Positions 48,457 to 59,200 of a DNA stretch of 64,000 nucleotides are shown here, in pieces. The stretch's first letter is position 1. Each line of letters begins with the position of its first letter. The notes beneath the pieces are model-generated. The model was not told the origin of the DNA. It worked only from the letters and a program-made list of their open reading frames with translations, and did not search any database. The DNA comes from Macrostomum lignano. Lineage: Eukaryota. Where the stretch lies: positions 65,821 through 129,820 of the forward strand of contig NIVC01002925.1 in NCBI GenBank assembly GCA_002269645.1, in the 5' to 3' direction. The position numbers were made by a program, and so were the translations under genes.

Positions 48457-49747
48457 GACTATTAGTGGGTGTTCAGCTTAACTGTAAAAAAAAACAGAAG
48501 TGGACCAGTGGGTATTTGGTGTATCTATTTAATGTGTTGTATTCATGGATGGGTATAAAACTTTATCATTTTGTGGTCATAAAATCAAATTTTCATTATT
48601 AATAAAGGGACTTTAATTAAAAATACAAAATGGAGAAAATTGAATGGTTTTAAGATTAGCAGACATAATGCACATTATGATTGCTGTAATAGCCAGCTTA
48701 ATTAAAACCTAAAATTTCTATCAATTATTAAACACAATAGTATTTGATAATTTGTAAAGCCAACATTAACAATTGCTGATATGTGAAAGTTACTAGTTAC
48801 TTTCTTCAATTTTTTTATAGTTCTATATTTAATTAGGAAATTAAAATTGAACTACTATGCTACAAACTCCAATAATTGATTAAATTTGGCAAACTCATTT
48901 TATACTGAAAGTCTTAGTTTGAACCTACAACTAATTAAGGGAAATTTTAAAAACAACTCTTAAAATTCAAATTAAATTTAAATTAAAAATAGTTACAAAT
49001 AAGTTTGAATTTGTTAAAATAAAGTCAATAAAAGCATTCAATAAAACACAGAGCTATGCCCAATTGGCCATATATGTACGTGTGCATGTATGAAGGTAAG
49101 GTGAAGCACTTAGAAAAAAGAGCAAATGTATATCAAAAAAGCCTACACAGTACAAATCTATGAAACTTCCTGATAAATATCTTGAGTCCTGTGTGGACGC
49201 ATAAAATAGATAATTAAATATAAGCAATTAATAGTCACTAAATGGTTAGAATTAATGAATCAATGTTGAATGGCAGTATACTATAATTTAAAACTCAAAT
49301 GGTTATGGAAGACACTCCTAAATGGCTAGGATTTTTTAGTTTTGTCAAATCCTTTTTGATTTAAAAGCCGAAAACTAACTTGTTTCAAAGGTAAAAGCAG
49401 AATAGCTAACAGTTTTTGTAATCACTATCAAGTAAAATGCAAAACAATCTTAAATTCTAAATTCGTAGAAATGCTAGCAAACAAAAAAGTTGCTTTTTGA
49501 TATCGCATAAAATTTTCTGAAAATAATACGATAATAAAGCTGCTATTAAGTTAAGTAACAATTTTATAAATTATTTTTAGTAACCTTAACTGTTTGTTTG
49601 CACGATTATTAATTCAACAACCAATGTAAACGTTTGTTTTAACATGCCTCTTAACGAAACAAATACCGTAACTGTGATTAAACCTGGAATTTTAAGATAG
49701 GAAGAAAAAGAACCATTACGGCGAGGAGTTATTCTAAAAACTGAGAT

Positions 49748-49933
49748 CAGTGGCGCAACCGGGAGGGGGCGGGGGGCCGTCGCCCCCCCCCTTAGCCAGG
49801 GGACCGAAAAAAAATCACAGGGGGACCAAGCGAATTTTCGCTAAAAACAGAGCCACCCCACCGCCGCCCCCCCCCTCCCGGGACTTTACCCTCAGAATCC
49901 GCCCCCCTTGAAAAATTTCTGGTTGCGCTACTG
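49748..49933. mobile_element. 186-bp hAT-like MITE
   Basis: TIR CAGTGGCGCAACCGG / CTGGTTGCGCTACTG; flanks ACTGAGAT and ATTGAGAT (8-bp TSD with one mismatch). Confidence 0.8.
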
Positions 49934-50248
49934 ATTGAGATGATCGTGAAAAAATGCAGTAAAAAATTTCACGATTTTTCTGTTTACTTAAGTTTGTATT
50001 TTAGGAGCACTCTTGCGTTTATTTTTGCCACAGTTTTTACGCAAGAGTTTTTTCGATGTTGTACCTGAAAATTATAAGACTGCCCCGCTTTTTGCACCTC
50101 GATTTTTGAACTCTACAAGATTTAAAAATCAAAATTTAAATTTATTTTGTACTTTTTTGTTTGCTGCTTCTGATTCTGATAAATGTAGATCGTTCCTACA
50201 AACCTTTTTGTCACAAGCAACACATCGAGATAGTTTCTTGAGAGTTAA

Positions 50249-51281
50249 CCAAGGACTTCTAGACTAACAGGACGTAAAACTCAAAGATCGTGCAATTTTT
50301 TGGAGGCCACGATTTCCTGGAAAAAATACACTGCGAAGATAGGAAAAAATCTGTTTTTCGTCACAAAATCTGTGATTGTATTTGATCTGGGGCAGTGAAG
50401 ACTACCATTCTTTTAATTTACCATGCACAACATGTTACTCTATTATATTTTCATATAGCTGTGTAGTGAAGTTTTCATTTTCATATTGTTTTCACTTTAT
50501 TTCATAAGCCTAAAGTTGCAAACTCACAAGTGGCATTAGCCAAACTTTTTGTGTTGTTCTTTTTAAAATAAAGTATAAAAACATTGCAAGTAGGTACTCT
50601 TAGTCTTAAGCTATTATTGTAGGTTTAGTAACTATACTAATTCCTAGGCCTACTAGAACTAGACCTATCACTACACTATCTAGCCTAATAAGTAATTAAA
50701 TTTAGACAATGATTTTTTTATTATATATAGATTACCAATACATAGTTTCATATGGTTGGTTACCTAGGCTTGAGAAAGCTGTATTATCAGTTTTTAAGCT
50801 AAGCCTATATTTAAGACTAAGATTTAAGAAGAATAGACTTAATCACAAAAATAGGCCCTAACCATTTTTACTAGGTATCTATAAGAAAAAACATTGATTA
50901 GTCCTTTTATAATTTTTATTTTAAAGGCTAAAAATATTATTATATTACAAATTTGAATAGCTTTTCTTTTCTTGAATTTGATATTTGGCTAATGCCACTT
51001 GTGAGTTTGCAACTTTGGGCTTATGAAATAAAGTGAAAACAATATGAAAATTAAAACTTCATTACATAGCTATATGAAAATATAATAGAGTAACATGTTG
51101 TGCATGGTAAATTAAAAGAATGGTAGTCTTCACTGCCCCAGATCAAATACAATCACAGATTTTGTGACGAAAAACAGATTTTTTCCTATCTTCGCAGTGT
51201 ATTTTTTCCAGGAAATCGTGGCCTCCAAAAAATTGCACGATCTTTGAGTTTTACGTCCTGTTAGTCTAGAAGTCCTTGGAG
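50249..51281. mobile_element. ~1.03-kb foldback or non-autonomous element with ~296-bp TIRs
   Basis: 50249-50544 is a near-perfect reverse complement of 50984-51279; AT-rich spacer; TTAA at 50245-50248 and 51282-51285. Confidence 0.88.
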
Positions 51282-51693
51282 TTAACATGTACGGGATTAG
51301 AGAATTCAGAGAAAATGGGGTATGTACATGGCAGCAGTGAAGCTTGAGATTAATTGCGTAGTGTAAAATCGAAAAAAATAATGTACTGATCAGCTTTTGA
51401 GGCAAGAGTCAACCTTGCAGCTTACTTAGCTGACCTACATGTATATACATCTAGCTGTACCAGGCAAGAAATTTCGAAAATTTTACTTACATGCAATCTG
51501 GTGATTCTATAAGGAAGACATGTATCTCGGAGTTACCTCATGAATTAAAGTCATATGCACTTAATTCATTATTTCAGTCGGACTTAGCGACAGATGAAAA
51601 ATGCCACTGACCCGAAGCAATTGCAAATACAAAACATGATTCAATGTACATGTAGCACTATCAGATAGTGCATAAATACTAAATATAAATCTG

Positions 51694-53909
51694 TGATGTA
51701 ACCACGCTCTGGTCGCGGGATAGGGCATGGGAACTTTTTCGAAAGTGCCTCCTATCCCGTGCACCCTCTGCACAGAGCTGTCGAGACTCGGCCAGGTCTC
51801 CGACCGGGCCTGGAGACTCCCGCTCTGCTGCACCCCTCCTGCTGCCTTGGTCCCGTCTCTCCTGCCGCCACACCTGCCTTTCCGGAGCCCCTACCCCTTT
51901 CTGTACCTCCCCCTCTACCCTATCTCTTCTGTTCCCGCCCTATTCTTCCTGTACTTTCTCTACCTCCTCCCTTTTTTTGTCTCCCTCTGCACTCTTTTCC
52001 TGCGCTGTCCCCTCTTTCCCTGTGTCTACTTACAGTACTTTGTGTGCTCACCGTCTCCCCATCCCCTCTCAAACTCCCAAACGGTGACGCAAGTCGTGTG
52101 ACCCCTTCTCCCCCTCGGTGACTCATCGATGACTCATCCCCCTCTCTTGCGCAACCTTTTCTCACGCTATTGTTCTCCTTCCCAAATTTCTCATGTGACA
52201 CCCACCCCACCTCCGCTTCTATTGTTCTCGTTTTTGCTTCTTTTGTTCTCTCGACCCCCACCAATTATCACATTTTCTCCGATTTTCTCTTTCTTTTGTT
52301 CTCGTTTTCGCACCTAATTATCACCTTTTCTCCAATGTTTACTTTTCCATTGTTCTCAGTTTTCCCCAATGATCCCCGATTTCCAATTCCTTTGTTCTCG
52401 ACCCCAGCCCTATTGTTCTCAATGTTTGCTTGCGCAACACTTTCGCGACCACCCGCTGCGCCAATTATCCCCCCACCCCACCTCCGGATTGCGCAATTTC
52501 CCGATTTCTCATGTTGCTATGCCGGTCTCATGCTTCTCATCATGACTCATTCTGACGTCATTCTGCCGGCAGCCAATCAGAGAGAGGGAGCCATGGTAAC
52601 GACCTTGAAGAGGCGGCTGTGAGGTCTATAAAAGGAAGCGATTTCGGCATGAGAATACTCAACTGAGTTTATCTCTGTTCCTCTCCTCGTCCTTCTTTGG
52701 ACTTGCTGTCAGATTGAGTTCTGACCCATTCGTCTATAAGACGAATCCCTGCCGGTCCGCGGTCTGTTACCGCCAAGTTATCCTTAGCTCCCCAAGTGAG
52801 CTCGCCTATCGGCCAGCGGTCTGATACCGCCCAGCATCATCAGCATCGCCTGATCTACATCAGCGCCTCGCGCTCCAGCGCATCGCCGCTTCACCGTCTG
52901 CCTGACTGCAGCCTACAGCCGCCCTCGGTCACTCCGTCTCTCTCTCTCTCTGTGCAGCTGCCGGTAAGTTCCTGCTACTAATTTGTGCTCTAATTGCCTT
53001 TGCTTATCCGGGGTTTGCCTATTTTCCATTGTCTGATTAGAGAGCTGAGCCAATTGTGATACCGTATCTTTTGCTGTATTTTACTCAATAGTGAAGCCGC
53101 CTAATTGCCTACTTATTTGCCTAAGGGCCTAATTATTAACTATTAACTAACTTCATCATTATTCAATCTTTCACCATCATTTCACTCATGGCTTGCTAAG
53201 CCTTTCTCCCGGGGTGGCAAAGCATAAGGAAGTTTGGGTAAGCTAATGGCCTCTCCCCGTGCAAAGCCCGCCTGTGAGTGCGTGCTGCGGGGCCGCGTGT
53301 GCGTGCAGTAGAGGGATTAGCGAGTCTTGGCACAGAATGGCAGTAGGAAGGTTGCAACCCCATGCTAACGCGTCCCTTCGCCCTGAGCAATCTAAACTGT
53401 AGACAGTACATGTTCGCCTCATACTACTCTTAGTAATCAAAGTCGCAAGTCAGCCTCGCTCACAGCCACAAAGGATCCCCTGCTGAGAAATCCTCCAGGA
53501 TTGAGCCCAGAGTTCCCGATCATGCCCCAAGCAGAGTCCCTGTACTCGGCTGCATGCGTCTCCCCTGCTAGCCTAAATCCCCTGGTAACCAATCCAGGCG
53601 GGGCTCTAGCCTCGAGAGGTCTGGTAGAAAGATCCAGGTGCGCCAGGTCACATAGAGTGGTGGCAGCCACTCGGTCATACCATGACCGAGTGACCAACTA
53701 TTGCACCTTGGCTACAGGTGGGGTCCATGTGGGTCCTTGGCCCTCTGGTCACGAAGCGCTACCAAAGCTACTAATCATGTGGGCGGGACAGTCTGGTGCT
53801 GGAGGTCCGTCAGGTCATTGCCCGGTCATAGGCAGCCTACGGTCATTGCCCCTCTAGCCATGCGTTCGTCTCTCTACGGAGCGGACAGGCGACAAGGGCG
53901 GTTACATCA
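51694..53909 (+). repeat. 5' LTR, 2216 bp
   Basis: Terminal inverted repeat TGATGTAACC...GGTTACATCA; matches 61807-64000. Confidence 0.93.
52543..52633 (+). promoter_or_regulatory. LTR promoter cluster: TGACTCA (52543), TGACGTCA (52553), CCAAT (~52573), TATAAAA (52627)
   Basis: Motifs seen directly in canonical order; the same motifs are in the 3' LTR; function inferred. Confidence 0.65.
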
Positions 53910-53912
53910 AAA

Positions 53913-53930
53913 TGGTGGCAGCGGTGGGAT
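53913..53930 (+). other. Primer-binding site complementary to tRNA-Leu
   Basis: TGGTGGCAGCGGTGGGAT, 3 nt after the LTR end; complement of the ATCCCACCGCTGCCACCA 3' end of metazoan tRNA-Leu(AAG/TAG). Confidence 0.88.
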
Positions 53931-56261
53931 CTGGTGCAAACAGCGCTGAGTTTCGGACTGGTGGTTTAGATGTGACAAGCGCACCTGTGGCATCCCTCAG
54001 AATGGTGGCCGAAGCGCAAAGAGTGCCATGTCTAAATCTACCAATCGTAAAAATCGCCAATCGTCATTCTCTTCTCCCATGGCGTGAGGCAACAAAATCC
54101 AAAAATATTAATGTAACTTTTCAAATTTTTCGGGCTGCGAATTCGTTCAATTCATTCGAAATTTCCAAATTCATTCATTCGCCAAAAGCCCCTGATTCAA
54201 TTTAAAATTAATTTAGCCGATCAGTTTCAGCGCTAGAAAGTGTGAAGTGGTAGACGAGCGGATTTGATTACAATCAGAATAGCTACCTGGTAACGTAGTG
54301 TGTGAAGAACTGCGAAAGTGAATTTTCCGGACTCACTTTCTATTTCATGGTAATATGCTTTATTTCCCCTCCCTTTCTTTCTCTCGCCTAGCCTACAGCA
54401 GAACTGTGTGAGTGTTGAGGTGGACAGCCAGCCAGGTACGGAAGCCTCATCACGCAAGCACAGGGAAGCTGGAAGCGAAGCATTTCTTTCCTTTGTCCTA
54501 CCTCTTTCTTTTACTCGGGGGAGTGTAACAGTCGCTCTCCCTGATCGCTCAGTTAATCCTAGAAATGCGTAGAGACCGGAGCGTGTTTTGTTTGTCCATT
54601 AGAATGAACAGCTATCAAGGGCTATGGGGAACTCGCTATATATGCATAGTAAGGGAAGCAGTAGTCATGGCCTTGGAAACATTGGGGGATACCAAAGTCT
54701 CGCAGGAATGGGAATAGCGGTGTGATTGTATCTCTGTAGGGTATCAGTGTGACTCAAAAATCTCGGGCTAAAAAAAGTGTCACCTCCTATGGAATACCTG
54801 CGATCAGCCCGGACCTGAATTCTGCGGTAACCCCTGGTGCCTTCATGGCTGGGATTCGATCCCAACGTGTCTGCTGACTCTCCCCACTGTATTGCAGACC
54901 CGGTAGTAACTGCTTTGGTTGCATTTGGGCTGGTGCAGTGGCTGGAAATAGTAGATCCCATAGTATCCTATTGATAGTGGAGTTCAGTGAGTATTGGAAT
55001 GGTGTACTGGAAGTCTGGTGGCCCCAGTGATCTCGTAATGTTTCCTGCTGCATTCTCCTCCTTTAGTAATTCCTCCCCCCTGCTGTCAGTCTGATAGGGG
55101 AGGTGGGTGTGCCAATCAGCCCGACCCGGTAGAACGGCGCTCCTGCCCGACTTGTCAGCCTGGCCCAGGAAGGCGCTATTGCGCAACTCTTTTCCCCTCT
55201 GGCCACTGCAGCCCACTAAGCGCTTAGACGCAGGGTTGCATGCAGTCCCCTAATGTAAAGCCCCGGTACATAGAGTGCCACCCCAGTGCCCCGCAAGGTC
55301 AATAAGACGGGTTGACGTCTCTGGCAACTTGGAATAACCTAGATGGAGGTACCGCTGTCTCCTGGTAGAACCGGGCGTTCAAGTACAGTAAAGTGGAGAG
55401 GCTGACAACTGTAGGACTTTCTCCGCCATCAGATAAAGGTCCCAAGTATGCTATTTCGAGCTGCAGCAAAGGTGGAGTATCGGAGGGGCAAGCATTTCAG
55501 GAAGATACTCACTTAGGTCTGTTTATCCTAGGAAAGCGGGCGAGAGTTTCAGGCTTGTAATCCGCCTAACCTGAAAACTTCGGGGACAGTTTAGTCTGGA
55601 CTCCCGCTGCGCGCCTTCGCTCTGAACAGAAGGGGGAGGTCTTGGTTTTTGTGGATTCTGCTAGACGTAGGGGAGCTGGATTCCCGCCTTTTGTGAAGCT
55701 GCGTGTACAAGATTGGTAGTCCTGAGGTGGAAGCCCCACTGGACTCCGACGGTTTTCCGGCTGTGCAAGGGCAGTAAAGTGGGAGGACCTCCATGGGGAT
55801 TGCTCCCGCCACTTGGGTTTTTGGGTCCAGGCGCCAACGCTTCTTCGTAGTAGCTTTCTTAAGGAAATGGGGTCCGGCGCGCAACCCTAGGGGAGAATTT
55901 GTACAGGTGCCGTAAGTCCGTTTACGGTCGGCATTTGGGTTCCCTAGCATGGCCGCAAAATGAAGGTCAAGTCTCTCTGAATAGCCAATTTTTCCCTGTC
56001 AGGATGTGCCATAGACAACTGGTAGTGGTAGCCGCAGTTTGAGTCAGTGTGCTTTGCCGAGTGAAGCCGTTAGGACTGCCTAAATGGAATTATGTGGAGC
56101 CACCCGTTTTTCAATTTGTTTTCTTCGACGCCGCAAGTGTGTGAGTTTTGTCTGTGTTTGTGTGTTTCGGATCAACTTTTCGGTCTTTACCTGTAGTTGC
56201 CCCGGTTTTCTTTTCTTTTCCTTCCCGGTAGTGGGTACTCCCCCAGCTATCCGGCTTTCAC

Positions 56262-59200
56262 ATGTCACGGGCGCGTGGAGATAGGGTCGTAGAAGCTGTG
56301 TGCGCAGACGCCCCTGGTCAACCACCCTCGGCCGCTGACACCCCAGCAGTTGCCGCCCCCGCAGCCGCAATGGCCGCAGCCGCTGGTAATCAGGCCAACC
56401 AGCCTCCAGATGCAGTAGTTACTGATGAGCCTGACATAGGAGCTGCCGCTCCTAACCCAGAATCAGGGGGGCATGTCGCCGTTGCGGCTCCTCCCGTTTG
56501 TCAACCTTCTTCAGTCATCGTCCTAGAACCGAAGGTACGCCCCCAGTTTCATCTCGACCCATTCAATGAGTCACGGGACAACATCTTCCTGTGGGTGGGG
56601 CGGCTCGAATTCAAGTTCAAAGTGGAGGACATCAGCACCGATGCCGATAGAATCCTCACCCTAATCAGCCACCTACAAGGCGAACAGCAAGATATCGTCG
56701 TCGGCCAGGCGAGGCGGCTTGGCACCTATTCTCAGCTGCGTGACATGCTGGTGGAACGTTGCGTAAGTGTGTGGAGCCCCATGGCCCGACACTGCTTCAA
56801 CCAGACGCTGGAGCAGGAGCCCGAGGAGAGTGACTTCCGCTTCGCGACCCGCCTGCTCCGCACCCTCCAGTGGACCATGCGTGGCCGGCCGCCGGACGAG
56901 ATTGATCTGGAAGCGCAACTTGCCTATATGTCCAAGGCCCGGATGCCGCGAGATGTGCGAATTCAGCTCCTGGCGCAACGACAGTTCCCCGATGTGACCG
57001 CTCTCGTGACTCGTCACCAGGAGCTGAGCGAAGCCGTACAGTTGGCGGAGGCCTTCGACACCGACTCGCCGGCCCAGCCAGAAGAAACCGAACCCGACCA
57101 GCCAACACCGTCTCTACCTTCGCCACCGCCGCCGTCTCCTCCGAAGGCTTGGTGGGTGGCGACGGGAGGCGATATGGAACTAACACCGTGGTCGGAGACT
57201 ACCGTCAGAGTGCGAGGGCGACCTTGGGAAGGCGACTGTCTGGTGGAGGGAGTCGACATGGAAGCCTTCCCGGAGATCGCGGTCAGTCGCTCGTTGGACC
57301 AAGCCGTAGACGGGTGGGTCCGAGTTCGCCTCATCAACTGGTCCGAAGAACCGGTACAGCTGCCCGCTGGCACGGTAGTAGCGCAGGCGAGCGCCTTAAA
57401 GGAAGTGGCCCTGGTCAACCGGATTACGCCAATGGGCAACACCGGGCCCGGCCCCACAGCCACTCCAAAGGATTCAACAGCTGCCAGGAAGCCGCCGGAC
57501 TGGATGAAAGACCTGGAGATGGGCAGTCAACTCTCTCCCCAGGAGCGGCAACGGCTATTACGCCTACTCAACGACAACACCGATGTCTTCGCCGAGGAGG
57601 AGAACGACCTGCGGGTCACCGACGTCGTCACACACGAAATCAAGTTGACGGACTCGAGGCCCGTCAAGATGCATCCAAGACGCCTCCCTCAGGCCTACCA
57701 GGAAGAAGTGCGGCACCAGGTGCAGGGCTGGCTGGAGACCGGCAAGGTAAAGGTCTCCAAGAGTCCTTACTCCTCCGCGTTGGTCTTGGTCCCCAAAAGC
57801 GATGGATCGTTACGAGTGTGCATCGATTTCCGGGAGGTCAACGAGCGCAGCGTGGCCGAGGTAACCCCTCTGCCTCGAATCGATGAGCTGCTGGCTTCGC
57901 TGGGCGGGTCGGCGTACTTCACGTCCCTCGATCTGCGGAGCGGTTACCACCAAGTGCCCATCCAGCCGGAATGCCGCCCCTACACTGCATTCGCTGTGCC
58001 CAATATGGGGCTGTTTGAATGGAACGTAATGCCGTTCGGACTGAAGGGCGCCCCAAGTACCTTCTCTCGGCTGATGAACCTGGTGTTGGCCGAGCTCCAA
58101 CCCGCAATCGCAATGGCCTACATTGACGATGTCATCGTGCATTCTCGCGATTTTAGCACCCACCTGAATCACCTGCAACTTGTCTTTAACAAATTAAGAA
58201 CAGCAAACCTGCGGCTGAAGCCGTCCAAGTGTGCTTTCGCCAAATCCGAGGTCACCTTTCTAGGATATGTGGTCTCGAGAGAGGGCGTCGCACCCTGCCC
58301 GCACAAGACGTGTGCCATTGACACCTGGCCGCGGCCCCAGAGCGTCACGGAGGTCCGCCAATTCTTGGGGAAGGCCGGATATTATCGGCAGTTTATTCCC
58401 GACTACAGTGAGGTGGCCGCACCACTGCACGCCCTGACTAAGAAAGGGACGAAGGACATCCCGGGTCGCTGGGGGCCCGAGCAGGAACAAGCATTCGAGA
58501 AGTTAAAGCGCGCCTTGGTTACCGCCCCGGTGCTGCACCACCCAGATTTCGGGCCTCAGGCGGGCATCTTCGTGCTCGACTGCGACGCGAGCTTGAATGC
58601 CCTGGGTGCAGTCCTCAGCCAGAGGCAAGCGGACGGAAGTGAGCGGGTCATCGCCTACGGGAGCCGAAGTCTGGTGTCTAGTGAGCGTAACCACTGTGTC
58701 ACCAAACTGGAGATGCTCAGCCTAGTGTTCTTTACGCGACAATTCCGGTATTACCTGCTAGGTCGCCGCTTCATCGTCCGCACTGACCACCGCTCTCTGA
58801 CGTGGCTAAGAAATTTCAAGGAGCCGACCGGATTGATCGCTCGCTGGTTTACTCACCTCGCTGAGTACGATTTCGAAGTGGAATACCGCCCTGGGCGGCT
58901 ACACACCAACGCCGACGCGCTCAGTCGCCGGCCTGCACACCAGCATGGGGACTGTCCCATCTGCCGACCGCCAGAGGACGCCCGACCACCAGGGGAGCTG
59001 GACGAGGACTTGCGAACTTTCCGAGTGGAGACAAAGAGGCGTCTGCTGGAACAGCGGGACCTCCTCAGCAAGGCGGAGCTCATGGAAGCGCAAAGGAAGG
59101 ACCCTGCCTTGGCCTGGATCATGCGACGACTAGGAGAAGGTGCAGAGAAAGCCCCGCCAGCTGGGACGGAATTGTGCCCACCCTTGGTGCGCCGGGTGGC

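Noticed and set aside
55330-55420. PGDSGT motif on the minus strand of the retrotransposon leader as the missing protease
   Set aside because: It lies in a frame open for only about 30 codons between stops, is antisense, and lacks the hydrophobic context of a retropepsin active site.
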